DNA from: Eledone cirrhosa
Taxonomy: Eukaryota
DNA: 64,000 nt
Direction of reading: 5' to 3'
Assembly: GCA_964016885.1 (NCBI GenBank)
Contig: OZ024745.1
Location: 128,340,001-128,404,000 of the forward strand
Part shown: in pieces, positions 43,370 through 57,140 of the stretch
How positions within the stretch are numbered: position 1 is the first letter of the stretch
Layout of the letters: the number at the start of each line of letters is the position of its first letter
Program-made: the position numbers and the translations under genes
The notes under the pieces: generated by a model
Seen by the model: only the letters and a program-made list of their open reading frames with translations
Databases searched by the model: none
Told to the model about the DNA's origin: nothing

Positions 43370-43918
43370 TATGTAACCCATGTGCAACCACGCAGTATTC
43401 ATTCTTCTCATGTTTTTTATATATATTTTCCCCAGCTGCGTTTGTCTGTTTCTCTCTTACTGCTTCCCCCCTCTCTCTGTTTCTCTCACCTTCTTTCGCC
43501 CACTCTGTCAGTTACACTTTCTCTCGACTGGCCTCTTCCTCGCACTTCCACTCACTCACTCTCTGCTTCTCCCCTTCTCACTTCCTCCCGTTTGGCCTGA
43601 AGTGGGGGTCCTTTCTTGCTCACACCTCAGTCGTGTCGCGCGGTCTGTTGTCTCTCGCTCATGAAATCCACACAGCTTAAGCTGATCGGACTCTCATGTG
43701 CTTGTTTTTTCCTATCTTTGCGTTGCTATCCTTCTATGTTTGTTTACTTATCTCGCTCGCTTTATTTAGCTATTGCTCGCGCCAACTGGAGGTATATGAT
43801 TTTTAAAGCGATGAAATACCAATGAAGGTTGGAAAATCACTGATGAAGGACTATTTTTATCATATGTAACCCATGTGCAACCACGCAGTATTCATTCTTC
43901 TCATGTTTTTTATATATA
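43365..43918 (+). mobile_element. Family H element with ~60-bp direct terminal repeats
   Basis: 43365-43425 is identical to 43858-43918; CTGATGA at 43840-43846; embedded in (TA)n. Confidence 0.75.
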
Positions 43919-44084
43919 TATATATATATGTTTATAAATATATATAAATATATATATATATATATGGATTTATATATACATTAATCTATCCGCTTGCGTT
44001 CACCTGCCGCTTCTAACACAGACTCCTCATCTTATCCTCCCACGCTCTTTCTCGATCACCTCACTCTATAGGACGTCACTGCTA

Positions 44085-45309
44085 TCACCATCACTAACAC
44101 CACCACTAACAGCAACACTTACACCAACACTAACAACAACATCACCACCACCACTACCATCGCCACCACCACTACCACTACCATTACCACCACCACCACT
44201 ACCACCACCACCACCACTACCACCACCACTACCACCACTACCACCCCCACCACCACTACCGCCACCACCACCACCACCACTACCACTACCACGACCACCA
44301 TCACCACCGCCACTACCACTACCACCACCACCACCACTACCATTACCACCACCACCATCACCACCGCCACTACCACTACCACCACCACCACCACTACCGC
44401 TACCATTACCACCACCACCACTACCACCACCACTACCACCACTAACACCCCCATCACCACTACCACCACCACCACCACCACTACCACTACCACCACCACC
44501 ATCACCACCGCCACTACCACTACCACCACCACTACCACTACCATTACCACCACCACCACTACCACCACCACCACCAACAACAACACCACCACTACCACCA
44601 CTACCACCCCCACCACTACCACCCCCACCACCACTACCAGCCCCACCACCACTACCATCGCCACCACCACTACCACTACCATTACCACCACCACCACTAC
44701 CACCACCAACAACACCAACACTACCACCACCACCACCACTACCACCACGACTACCACCACCATCACCACCATCACCACTACCACCACCACCACTACCACC
44801 CCCACCACCACTACCACCACCGCCACCACCACTACCACCACCACTACCACCCCCACCACCACTACCACCACCACCACCACTACCACCACCACTACCACCA
44901 CCACTACCACCACCACCACCACCACCACCACTACCTCCACCACTACCACCACCACCACCACCACCACCACCACCACCACCACTACCACCACCACTACCAC
45001 CACCACTACCACCACCACCACTACCACCACCACTACCTCCACCACTACCACCACCACCACCACCACCACCACCACCTCCACCACTACCACCACCACCACC
45101 ACCACCACTACCACCACCACTACCACCACCACTACCACCACCACCACTACCCCCACCACTACCACCACCACCACCACCACCACTACCACCACCACTACCA
45201 CCACCACTACCTCCACCACTACCACCACCACCACCACCACCACCACCACCACCACCACCACCACCACCACCACCACCACCACTACCACTACCGCCACCAC
45301 CACCACCAT
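44085..45309. repeat. (CCA)n/(CTA) trinucleotide block
   Basis: 1.2-kb simple repeat. Confidence 0.9.
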
Positions 45310-45436
45310 CAGACAAACATAAACACTGACATCGCCAAACGTTCCGGTCGTTTTGCTTTTTAAACTATTTTGCTTCCTTTCGTTCTTTTTCTTCTGTTTT
45401 CTTATATATACATACACATACACACACACACACACA

Positions 45437-45550
<114 letters not shown>

Positions 45551-45551
45551 C

Positions 45552-46655
45552 CAGAAATGGGCCAAGTGTAAGCTGTCCCTAAAAGGCCGGGCGGAGGTGG
45601 CGAACATTTACATAGCGTCCGTCACTTACTACCGCCTGACTGTCGTGCCTTGCCCTAAGGAAACACTCACCACCATGGAACGCATGCTCTTCCAATTTCT
45701 TTGGAAGAAGCGTCCTCCTATGGTGAGAAGATCCATCTGCTGCCAACAACCTTCGAAAGGAGGGCTGGGGATGCCGTGGTTGATAATGCGTAGGCACGCA
45801 TTAAGGCTACGGCACCTACAGGTATTCCTCACTGGTCAACCGGTGTGGGCTCCGTTCGTGAAACGAGCCTTTCCGAGACTCGTCTCACTCACCGAGCTAC
45901 AGTCCTGGGTCAAGCAAAGATCCGGAAAACTGGGAGACTGGCACACTGAGTGTGCTCAGGCGCTCAGGGCTCTCTGGCAAGCGGGCCGGGCCATCGGTGG
46001 AGAATCCACCTCATCATTCTATAGAGGGCTGGTGGCTAGCAGGGGCGATGACACCCTTGGAGAGTCGCTGGACATGGAAGAAGACGAACTGGCCAGCCTG
46101 TTCGGTAGGACTTTCGGCCCAGGACCAATGGACAACTTCCAGAAGTCACTGGCCTGGCAGTGCTACCGAGGGGCTCTACCCGTTCGAGAGAGGCTCTACA
46201 GACACGGGCGCCCGGGCAGGGATCCCTCAAAAAAGATTTGCCCTAGATGCGTGCGTCACGAAGAAACCGTGGCGCACGCATTGGTGCAATGTCCGGGCGT
46301 GGCTGATCTGTGGGGCTACGCCGAACAACTGCTGTCGCGGGTGGCGCCGATTAAATTGACCGCCGAGTCCGTGATGACAATCAAACCGCCTCCCCTCTTC
46401 ACAAAGGAAGCAAAGGCGGTTTTTCTGTGCGTAATAGCCATGTTGAAAGAGGTTGTTTGGTGGACACGATTGAAAGGTCTGAGGTCAGGCAACTTCCTCT
46501 CTGGCCATAGTCTGGTCTACTTCTTCCGATATCACTTCGGAAGAAGGATAAGAATGGAGAGAGAGGTGCTTGGCCACAGGCAGTTTTATGAAAGGTGGGT
46601 GATAGTGGCGAGAATGGCTCGTGTAAATGGGCCTTCTCTGTATACCATCCTGTAG
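45552..46655 (+). CDS. LINE ORF2 C-terminal fragment (post-RT region and zf-RVT-type CCHC finger); no native start
   Basis: The frame is open from QKWAKCKLSLKGRAEVAN (W...LSL.GR motif). It contains FLWK, QPSKGGLGMP, LPVRERL and CPRC...ETVAHALVQC. Confidence 0.85.
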   Translation, partial: QKWAKCKLSLKGRAEVANIYIASVTYYRLTVVPCPKETLTTMERMLFQFLWKKRPPMVRRSICCQQPSKGGLGMPWLIMRRHALRLRHLQVFLTGQPVWAPFVKRAFPRLVSLTELQSWVKQRSGKLGDWHTECAQALRALWQAGRAIGGESTSSFYRGLVASRGDDTLGESLDMEEDELASLFGRTFGPGPMDNFQKSLAWQCYRGALPVRERLYRHGRPGRDPSKKICPRCVRHEETVAHALVQCPGVADLWGYAEQLLSRVAPIKLTAESVMTIKPPPLFTKEAKAVFLCVIAMLKEVVWWTRLKGLRSGNFLSGHSLVYFFRYHFGRRIRMEREVLGHRQFYERWVIVARMARVNGPSLYTIL

Positions 46656-46870
46656 GTAAAGAAGTAAAGGAGAGGGGAACACCTTCTCCATGTGCTCCCC
46701 GGGCAAAGGATTGCACACTTTTTCGGGGGTGTGTGCAACCCCCATCACGTCCCCTCCCTTTTGAGGTTATTTTCGATTATTTTCATGTTACACCCTTTTT
46801 ACTCGATTATATGTAAACTCCCCCTTTGTATTTGTCCCTTCTTTTTATGCCTTTATGGTAAATAAAGAAA
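45552..46870 (+). mobile_element. 5'-truncated L1/Tx1-clade LINE in a (TCTA)n tract
   Basis: Open frame followed by a pyrimidine-rich 3' UTR ending AATAAAGAAA; (TCTA)n lies directly on both sides. Confidence 0.9.
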
Positions 46871-47581
46871 TCTATCTATCTATATATATAATATATATAT
46901 AATATATATATATGTATAATATAAATACACACACACATACACACACACATATATATACATACATACATATATCTTTTATGTATCTCTTTTCACCTTTGAA
47001 GTGTTTTCGTATCGTTTTTTTTTTTTATTTTGTTTTTGTTTTGTTTTTTGTCATTCTTTTATTTATTATTTTTATTATTTGTTATTTTCTCCTAAAAATA
47101 ACTCAGAATTCACCGAGGTTATTCGGTGCAAAGTTAGCAGGCCCCACTCCCCTCCCTTCACTAATCGCTGTGTTTCTATTTTTTTTTTCTCATTCCTGCT
47201 GTGTTAGGCCTTTTTCTATCTACCTCGCACTGATACATATATACTGTATATACATTTTATATTATCTGTCTATTTGTCTATATAAGATATATGTCACTTT
47301 ATCTGTCTGTTTACCTATTTATCTGTAGCTTGTCTGTCTCTCACTCCTTCTTTCTCTCTCTCTCTCTCTCCCTCTCTCTCTCTCTCTCCCTCAGTCTTCT
47401 CTGTCTTTTACTCTCTCTCTCTCTCTCTCTCACACACACTCTCTCACTCTCTCTCTCTATCTCTCTCTCACTCGTTTCGCCGACGCACTTTTTACAGTCT
47501 ATCTGTTTATCTTATTTTTCCCTTCTCTCTCTTTTACGTTACTTTCTCCATCTGCACGCACACACACACAAATATATATAC

Positions 47582-47653
<72 letters not shown>

Positions 47654-47716
47654 TTCGTTTCTGAATTTCTGGTGCGTGTTTTTCTTATTTGCAACATGAC
47701 CCTCCCAATGTATAAC

Positions 47717-47747
<31 letters not shown>

Positions 47748-47751
47748 GTAA

Positions 47752-47920
47752 GTTATTCCGGGTTGAATCGGAGGTAACCACAGTAAGTAAGGTACTCAAT
47801 ACGTAGCAGAGTATAAAAGTTTTAATGTAGATGAGTTTCTACAGGACTAGAACTGTTTCATTCTTTAAAATGATTTCTAAAGAATGAAACAGTTCTCGTC
47901 TTGTAGAATCTCATCTATAT

Positions 47921-47925
<5 letters not shown>
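47752..47925 (-). mobile_element. Family D hairpin element
   Basis: Reverse complement of 6980-7145; hairpin ~47822-47923. Confidence 0.7.
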
Positions 47926-47956
<31 letters not shown>

Positions 47957-48063
47957 TGTGTGTGTGTGTGTGTGTGTGTGTGTAGGAGGTGAGTTTTATT
48001 GTAGTACAATAAAGCAAGGCAGATATCGGCTAAGTAGCACTCTACAGTTTGTAGGACTGGAGT

Positions 48064-48151
48064 ATAAATAATATAAGATCAAAAGATGGTTAAAAGATTT
48101 CCAAATGCGCATAATAAAATACATGGAACTCTTTTAACCATCTGTTGATGT

Positions 48152-48158
<7 letters not shown>
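48064..48158. repeat. Imperfect hairpin abutting (TA)n
   Basis: aatataa.atcaa.agatggttaaaaga / tcttttaaccatct.ttgat.ttatatt. Confidence 0.6.
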
Positions 48159-48221
<63 letters not shown>

Positions 48222-48295
48222 GAGATTGTGTGTGTGTGTGTGTTAGGTGATAATAGTCAAAATAAGTAACACCATAATTCAACTTAGTAGTCCAT

Positions 48296-48478
48296 GATTG
48301 GCAGTGTCGGTAGAGGGTCGGACGCCATGCTTTGACGCATAGAGTTACGGCCCTTGCCATTCTGAGTTCAAATCCCGCCGAGGTTAACTTTGCCTTTCAT
48401 GCTTACGGGGTCGATAAAATAAAGTACCAGTAATGTACTGTGTATTGCTGGCCTTGTGCCAAAAGGTAGAAACAATTA
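48296..48478 (+). mobile_element. SINE family 1
   Basis: Family consensus. Confidence 0.85.
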
Positions 48479-48703
48479 TTATAGGAGATGGAATTTGAAC
48501 TGTTCCGATGCCAAGGAACCGTCGAAATGGTTTAAGACTGACCATCAGACATCTTATTTTATATATATATTTGTGTGTGTGTGTTTGTGTTTGTTTGTTT
48601 GTGTGTGTGTGTGTACAAACAGTACAGTATATGGATGCTATTCCGTGATGAGGAGATAGAATGATATATAATAAAGAGTTGACGGACCCAGCAGTTAGGT
48701 GTG

Positions 48704-48768
<65 letters not shown>

Positions 48769-48771
<3 letters not shown>

Positions 48772-48884
48772 GGAAAAGGTATGACCCCGACAGCAGAGCT
48801 GAAGCCGTTTCGACGGCTATTTCTGGACAGAAATAGCCGTCGAAACGGCTTGAGCTCTGCCGTCGGGGTCATACTTTTTCCTAT
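48769..48884. mobile_element. Family C hairpin only
   Basis: ataggaaaaggtatgaccccgac...gtcggggtcatactttttcctat. Confidence 0.75.
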
Positions 48885-48954
48885 GAACAAATCGTCCTTA
48901 TATATATATATATATATATAAGGACGATTTGTTATGTCTTCATTATGTTTATTG

Positions 48955-49048
48955 AGTAGTTACGCGCGTTTCGCTATTGATCAGCTCAAGGTTCGATCTG
49001 TATCGATCTAGCCCGACTCTGGAATCACAAGCTCGTCGGATCTCTACT
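48955..49048 (-). ncRNA. Family G hammerhead-like motif with CCGACGA core
   Basis: Minus strand reads agtagagat-CCGACGA-gc..tgat...atca..gc-GAAA-cgcgcg-TA-actact; stem I is bulged. Confidence 0.45.
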
Positions 49049-49175
49049 GTGGTAATAACAGAATACTTAGTTCTACACTTCTTTACAGACTGGAAACTAC
49101 GCATCGATTGTTCACTCGGGTAAACCTACAGTAACTACACGTTACATCCCCTAGATATCTATCTATCAATCTAGA

Positions 49176-49231
<56 letters not shown>

Positions 49232-49272
49232 TGTGTGTGTGTGTGCGTCTGTGTGTGTATCTGTGTGTGTGT

Positions 49273-49359
<87 letters not shown>

Positions 49360-49805
49360 TGTGTGTGCGTGTGTGTGTGCGTGTGTGTGTGTGTGTGAGA
49401 GGAAAATTAAGAAGGAAAAATAACACTGGATAAAAATGTAACATAAATATATATATTAGTTTAACGCTTGGTATAAAAGGGAGTGGCATCTTGAGATTTC
49501 TGTCGTTAGTCTTTCATGTCAGAAGATAGGAGGAGAGAGGGAAAAAATGTTGTTTGGGAGAAAGAAGAACTAGAAAGGCGGAGGAGAGTAATAAAATAAA
49601 AAAAAACTGAAAAGTTAATAAACGGGGTCAGGATGATTCTTAGACAGTGTAAGGACCAAGTGTCGAGAAGGAATATGTGTGTGTGTGTGTGTGTATGTGT
49701 ATTTCTGTATATGTGTGTGTACGTCTGTAATGTGGTACTTTAGGAACCCTCAGTGGTCATTTTTATCATTCCGCTCTCTCTTTCTCTATTTTGTATTTTA
49801 CTAAC

Positions 49806-50150
49806 GTTATGGTTTAATGGTTAAAGCGTTGGGCTTGCAATCGGAAGGTTGTGAGTTCGATTTTCTGACCGGCCGGAGGATGTGTTGTGTTCTTGAGCAA
49901 GACACTTTATTTTACCTTGTTCCAGTTTACTCAGCTGTAGAAATGAGTTACGACGTCACTGGTGCCAAACTGTATCGGCCATAGCCTTTGTATTGGACAC
50001 AATTGGTGGCGTGGAGAGGAGAGACTGACTAGTATTGGCGACTGCTGGTCTTCCACAAAAAATATTGCCCGGAATTGTGCCTCGATGTGTGGGGGGACTT
50101 TCTAGGTGCAAACTCCATAGTCATTCGTGACCGAAGGGGGTCTTTATCCT
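49806..50150 (+). mobile_element. SINE family 2, near full length
   Basis: tRNA-like head (tggtttaatgg A box, gagttcgatt B box) and a CORE-like cttgagcaagacacttt segment. Confidence 0.8.
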
Positions 50151-50697
50151 AACTACAATATCAAAAAGTACCAGTAATATACTGGATTCGATCTTATCGA
50201 CTATACTTTCTCATTTATGGATTCGTGAGTTTCTACGAATGTAAAATGAAATCATATTAATTTTCATTTCGTATTTTGTTTACGGAGACGATGATAGAAA
50301 TGATGGGATGCTGTCGTAATTTACAGTATATAGTTCCTTTGCTTCAAATTATGACATGAACTTAGGCTAAAGACTTCTTCTACTTTACCGTTCTAGTTTA
50401 ATGGTATCAACACCAGTATTTCACAAGAATCGATTCAGTTGACTATGCAGGTATGGTTCTTCTACAAATATTGGCCATGTGTTGACAGAAGAATGAAATC
50501 AATAATATAGCAAGAATATTTCACTGGAAGATACCTTTAACCTTTAGTCACCTTTAGAACCAGACATGTATTGGAATCAGTTCGATCTACTCATTGTCTT
50601 TTATACAAACGGTAAATGGCATAGAAGATATGAGAGTGTGCCAGGTTCCTTTCACTTTGTCTTTTATCCCTGAGGTACAGTATAATAATAATAGTAA

Positions 50698-50862
50698 TAA
50701 TTGTTTCTACTTTAGGCACAATGCCAGCAATTTGAAGGGAAAGGGAAAGTCGATTAGATCGATCCCAGTGCATTACTGGTACTTTATTTTATTGACCCTG
50801 TAAGGATGAAAGGCAAAGCTAACCTCGGCGGGATTTGAACTCAGAACGTAACTCTATGCTGC
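50698..50862 (-). mobile_element. SINE family 1
   Basis: Family consensus. Confidence 0.8.
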
Positions 50863-51625
50863 ATTCCCGGCCTTAAAAAGATGGCGAAATGATCTTCCCG
50901 ATAGCGTCAGCAGATAGCTGGGTCTGTCTTGCATGCGACAACAGTTGTTTGACAAAGTAATTCCTGGACACTGGATGAATACCTGCAGAATGGTTTCGCC
51001 ACTTTGCGAGCCTGTAGAGTTTGTTCCGAACCGGCAGTGCCTCCCAGTAGCTCTACCAAGCCAGGAATTTCTGGAAATTATTCAAAGATCCCGGAATGTC
51101 CTCCGGGACAGACTCGCTAGTTCGTTATCGTCGACGCCTAAAGTACGAGAAGGTTATCGTATATGCTTGTCACTAGTCCTTTCTATAATGCTGATGGAAT
51201 TTCCACGGACTGCATTGCCTGATTAGTAAAGAGCTGCGAGTACCTGACAACATTCTAGATGCCACCCACCCAGTCACAGTTTTCGCTTGACTCATGACTG
51301 CAGCTCAGTCAAAGAGACAAGCTTCGGAAGGACTTGTCTCACCAGCGGCGACTACACTTGTTCGCTTTTTTAGGAACACCTAGAAATGCCATAGTCACAG
51401 CACATGTTTGTCCATCATCTGTCATGGCATTCCCAACTTTCCGCGCAAAGGGTATTGGAAGCAGATAGACCACACTATCTGTGGAACTTCTCCCTTTCAC
51501 TAGAAGTGAAAGAGCAGGCGCTCCAATCTAGTGAGGCATGGATTGGGGAAATACACGACGATCAGTCGGTAATAGATGACGGAAGAGCGGTAGAAATAGT
51601 TCTAAGACTGGAGACACGCCAAAAT
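50863..51625 (-). pseudogene. Decayed L1/Tx1 ORF2 fragment related to 45552-46655
   Basis: Reverse complement aataatttccagaaattcctggcttggtagagctactgggaggcactgccggttcggaacaaactctacagg aligns with 46131-46201, and tccgtcatctattaccgactgatcgtcgtg aligns with ~45618-45647. Contains stops. Confidence 0.75.
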
Positions 51626-52608
51626 AATATCAGTTATATACAAACAATGGCTTAAGTGGTCCTATTACCAAAGAATATTTCAGCTGTAAATGTAATGCCT
51701 TGTTGTATATCAGTGACAGCAAAATTCAATGCATCCTTCATCATTCAAGAGTACAGGATGTGATTTGGCTGCTATTTCTAAGTGGTCGAGTAACTGCGTT
51801 GAGAAACCTTCAGTGAAGGCTCCCATATAAATGAGAATGTAATGTGTAACTGGATGCAGTTGACTCTCGGTGTTTACTGGCATTGGTATTGAAGAGGTAA
51901 ACAACTAAAGCCGTCGTCCAATAAAGGTAAAGCAAGGAGGTGTATTACATTGCCGAAAGGAAAGGAAATATATCATATTTCAAGCAGAGCATTTTTATCA
52001 GAAACTTAAAGCACAACATGATATTTTCATGAACTGAAATCATAGAGTTGGAGAAAGGAAAAAGGAAAAGCTTGAAGCAATTTTTTTTTTTTTTCTTTTT
52101 TTTAAACCTGTCTTGAATTTTAATCGTTGTTTTTCTCACTTATTTTCATTTATGAAATTTGTTTTGCCAAAACATTACATATAGGAATTCAATATATCAC
52201 CTTTTGGCTTTTACTGTAGTGAGTCTTATTGATATAGACTGTCATTAGTTTTATAGTATTCTGACATTTTTCATCGATTCAAGCTAAATTATAGTCGGCG
52301 TCATCAAAATAAACAGAACCCAAACCATGTGTATGCCTCATACACATGGTTATATATATACATACATATATATATTTTCAATCACATATATTTTTATTTG
52401 TTTGACCCGAATTACTTGGTCGTTTCTTTGGCTGTGCGAATGATTGTTTAACCATCGTCTCAGTGTGTTTGGCCTTTAACGTATGTTGTAGCTCTGGTTC
52501 ATCTGAATCATTGAGCGCTTGCCACACATCTCGGAAGTTGTTTTTCGTTAATTCCTAAGCCGAAATACGATTCTCGCTAATTTATATATATATATGTATA
52601 TATATATA

Positions 52609-52679
<71 letters not shown>

Positions 52680-52721
52680 ATATATATATATGTATATATA
52701 TATGTATATATATATATATGC

Positions 52722-52785
<64 letters not shown>

Positions 52786-53029
52786 AATGTAATCTGAGTT
52801 TTTCGAATATTAATAATAATATTGGATTCGTTTGCAATTCTACAAACAACCCTCATTTTTAAAGCCATATCAGTAGAATGAGCCCCTCATTCTTGCTCTT
52901 GTGTTGGCATCTAAACAGAACTGCAGACACTAATGTTTCTGGGTATCACCCTTCATTAGTACAATTCACTGTTCACCTGTCAACTGTCAGAGCTATTGAA
53001 AATATATGATATTTTCTAAACTATACAGT

Positions 53030-53138
53030 GACTGATCGGCCTGATTTGCATATTAGCAGACTGGCTGATCAATCAGATCTGCATATTAGCAGATCCACTG
53101 ATCAGCCAGATTTCCATATCAGCAGATTGGCCAGTCAG
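53030..53138. repeat. ~33-bp tandem repeat x3
   Basis: gatttgcatattagcagac../gatctgcatattagcagat../gatttccatatcagcagat.. Confidence 0.7.
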
Positions 53139-53327
53139 TTTCCTGTGTACGAGCGATTAATGGACGGCTTTGCTATATTCAAATAAAAAGGAAAAATGTT
53201 CGCTCTACATGGCTGTTTTTCTTTTATATACATGTCCTCTTCAGGCAAAATACATATGAGATGTATAATTTTTCATGATATGCTGGTAGACAACGAGCTG
53301 GACAGATCGGTGACCCCCGAGCATATG

Positions 53328-53405
<78 letters not shown>

Positions 53406-53647
53406 GAAAGATCTTGTTTATATTCTGCATGACAACATAGTAGGTTTTAATGATCAGCTTCACGATGACCTCTCTCCTGGCCTGGTAGTTTCTACTTTGG
53501 AACAAAAAGTGGCAAGGAGTTCCTGGACAGTCTCCACCAGAACTAGGGGGGTGATTCTATACGACCTATTCGTGATAAAATATAGTTCCATGGCATATGA
53601 TGGCTGGTTCAAAACTCGCATAGTTTTGTTGATTAATATTACTCAGA

Positions 53648-53838
53648 GCGGCGGATTGTCAGTATCGGTAGAGGGTCGGACGCCATGCTTTGAAGCATAG
53701 AGTTACCTCCCTTTATGATCTGAGTTCAGATATCGCCGGAGTTAACCTTGCCTTTCATCCTTACGGGGTCGATAAAATAAAGTACCAGTAATGCACTGAG
53801 GTAATTGCTGGCCTTGTGCCAAAAGTCGAAACAATATT
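53648..53838 (+). mobile_element. SINE family 1
   Basis: Family consensus. Confidence 0.85.
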
Positions 53839-54024
53839 ACTTACTGTATGATATGTTTTAAATGTTTACAAACCTGGCTGACATAGTTGAGTATTGAAAG
53901 TTCACAGCTTATCGCTAGATTCTTCCCAAATGTATTGCCACCCTTCTCTAATTATGTTTTTCCTAAATATTTGACTTGCGATAGATTTAGAATGTATTCT
54001 ATATCTATATCTAATATTCCTCTA

Positions 54025-54155
54025 TACAGCTGAGTAAACTGGAGCAACGTGAAATAAAGTGTCTTGCTCAAGGAAATAACACATCACCCGGTCCGAGAAT
54101 TGAACTCACAACCTTTCGATTGCAAGGCCAATGTTCTAACCACTAAGCCATGCGT
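54025..54155 (-). mobile_element. SINE family 2, 5' part
   Basis: Matches 34070-34188 and 49806-49940. Confidence 0.75.
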
Positions 54156-54208
54156 ATATATATTTGTATATACATATACATACACACACACATATATATA
54201 TATATATG

Positions 54209-54244
<36 letters not shown>

Positions 54245-54299
54245 GGGGTGGGTGTGTATACACACATATATATGTATGTATGCATATATATATATACGC

Positions 54300-54385
<86 letters not shown>

Positions 54386-55024
54386 ATACACACATATATA
54401 TGTATGTATGCATATATATATATACGCGCGTGTGTGTATGTGTATGAAGAGTATCTTCTCAATTTCCTATGCAACCCTTTGATTCGTGTCATTTGCGTCA
54501 GTACTCTTTACGACTCTTGAACCCCAAGGTTAACCACGATGACCTCTCTTTAGGCATTTGAAGTGATTTTAAGATAAATTCTAGACCACCTTTACGCGAG
54601 GTTTTGATTGCATAGTTCCAGTCTATTAAACTTCTACACGTAACCCCCCCCCCAAAAAAAAATACCCTGGCTCGAAAGGACCTAAACATAATGACACTAG
54701 TAGAAATTGCATGAGAATGACACATTACCACAAGGTATCTATGCGTGGGACTTTCTTTTGTTAAGCTTGCATTACACGCAATTTTTTGTTACAGCAAAGG
54801 AATAGATTTCTAGTGGCAGAAAAAAGATGACATCTATGTCCTCATCTCCGGGTTTAAAACAGAAAAGACTTGAATCAAGAGTTTTCACGAATGCGTAAAA
54901 AACTGAAATCAACCGAGACTATCCTCACCCCCTTATATATTCGGGTCCTGGAAACCAATCAATATAATGTAATGTATGATAAAACAATATAACATAATAT
55001 AGTATAATATGATATATAATATAC

Positions 55025-55055
<31 letters not shown>

Positions 55056-55059
<4 letters not shown>

Positions 55060-55264
55060 TGAATGACGTAAAATAAGAAAATTATAAAAATTAACTTACA
55101 TCCACTGAATTATTTTTGTATAAGTTCCCTGTGCCCCGCATCGCCAGGTACCTTAGCTGAGAACAGAAACCATGTTTATTCCCTTTCAGAAACTAATTAG
55201 TTAGAGTGAAATTTTAGTAAGTAAGTTAATTTTTATAATTTTCTTATTTTACGTCATTCATATA
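55056..55264. repeat. TA-anchored inverted repeat with ~45-bp arms
   Basis: atatgaatgacgtaaaataagaaaattataaaaattaacttac / gtaagttaatttttataattttcttattttacgtcattcatat. Confidence 0.8.
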
Positions 55265-55370
55265 ATTGTTCTGCATCCCCTTGCATTGAACCACAAAGTT
55301 ACTAAGACAAAACCTATATATTTGCTAGCATAGGTATGCATCTGTATACATATGTTGGTAGATATACTAA

Positions 55371-55496
<126 letters not shown>

Positions 55497-55593
55497 TTAT
55501 TAAAATAACAGATTAAAGTTTAAGCAAAGAATCGCTGCTTTCACCCTTATCGAGCCCTCTTTGGATTTTAGTCTTCAAATTTATTATTATTAC

Positions 55594-55657
<64 letters not shown>

Positions 55658-55667
55658 CATAACGAAG

Positions 55668-55872
55668 GACCCTCTACCGATACTGCCAATCCACCAGACA
55701 GATTTTACGAGCAAAACCAACCGGCTGGAGACCCAAAGATAGACCCGAGCAAGATGGTTGGATAACATCCATAAGCTTGGCTGGTCTCGCTTGGGGATTC
55801 AACCAGATTGGTTGGAGACGGTTGCGTCTGACAAGAGCCGCTGGAAGGGGTTTTTGAAGACCCTACTCCCAA
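55668..55872. mobile_element. SINE head (-) joined to an RTE-like 3' fragment (+)
   Basis: Same junction as 34860. Confidence 0.75.
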
Positions 55873-56037
55873 CAACCCTACAATACTTCAAAATATATAC
55901 TCTTCTTGTTTTTATTTTATGTTAATTTATTTTCGCTTGACCTTAAAAAGGGTTACGTTTATAACTGACCTCCAGCTTCAAACTTGTGTATATTAAGACT
56001 GTTTTCCTATTTCCAACTTAATAATTTAGATTGTGTT

Positions 56038-56778
56038 TGGTATAGTATGATATGATATGGTATGGTAGAATATGGTATGGTATGGTATCGTATAATATGA
56101 TATGATGTGGTATGGTATGATATGGTTTGGTATGATATGATATGGTATGGTATGGTATGGTATAATGTGATATGGTATGGTATGATATGGTATGGTATGA
56201 TATCGTATTGCATAATATGATATAGTATGGTATGATATGGTATGGTATGGTATGGTATGATATGGTATGGTATGGTATGATATGGTATGATATGGTATCG
56301 TATCGTATCGTATCGTATCGTATGATATGGTATGGTATGATATGGTATGGTATGATATGATATGGTATGGTATGATATGGTATGGTATGGTATGATATGG
56401 TATGGTATGATATGGTATGATATGGTATGGTATCGTATCGTATGATATGGTATGATACGGTATGGTATGGTATGGTATGATATGGTATGGTATGATATGG
56501 TATGGTATGGTATGGCATGGTATGATATGGTATGGTATGGCATGGTATGATATGGTATGGTATGATATGGTATGGTATGGTATGGTATGGTATGATATGG
56601 TATGGTATGATATGGTATGGTATGGTATGGCATGGTATGATATGGTATGGTATGATATATTATGGTATGGTATGATATGGTATGGTATGGTATGATATGG
56701 TATGGTATGATATATTATGGTATGGTATGATATGGTATGGTATGATATGGTATGGTATGGTATGGTTTGGTATGGTAT
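56038..56778. repeat. (TATGG/TATGA)n pentanucleotide satellite
   Basis: 5-bp period array. Confidence 0.95.
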
Positions 56779-57004
56779 AGACCCGTAAATCCTGAGGGAG
56801 TCGTAAGGGCATTTTTAAAACTAACGGAGTTCATCAACTCTCCACGTCTGAGTACAGAAGATTTCTTTCAGAGAAGGATAGAGAGAATGGGAGAAAGGAA
56901 GTGGGAAAGATATTGGGTCGACAAGTATGAAATTTGTACAAATTTACTTTTCTTTCTACAAATTTCTACAAATTTCATACTTTACGATCCAATACATAGA
57001 GGAA

Positions 57005-57140
57005 TTATCTACCCCGGTACTTAAATGGATGAAAGGTAAAGTTGAGCTCGACGAGATTTGAACTCAGAGAGCTGAGTGCCTGAATGAATAACGCGAAGCA
57101 TTCTATTCAGCGTTCTAACGACCCTGATTAATTCGCCGTC
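57005..57140 (-). mobile_element. Diverged SINE family 1 relative
   Basis: ggatgaaaggtaaagttgagctcgacgagatttgaactcag. Confidence 0.6.

Noticed and set aside
49806-49875. tRNA gene
   Set aside because: It has A/B boxes but no complete cloverleaf and continues into a SINE body found in several copies.
56007-56695. PYHTI-repeat ORFs
   Set aside because: These come from a pentanucleotide satellite.
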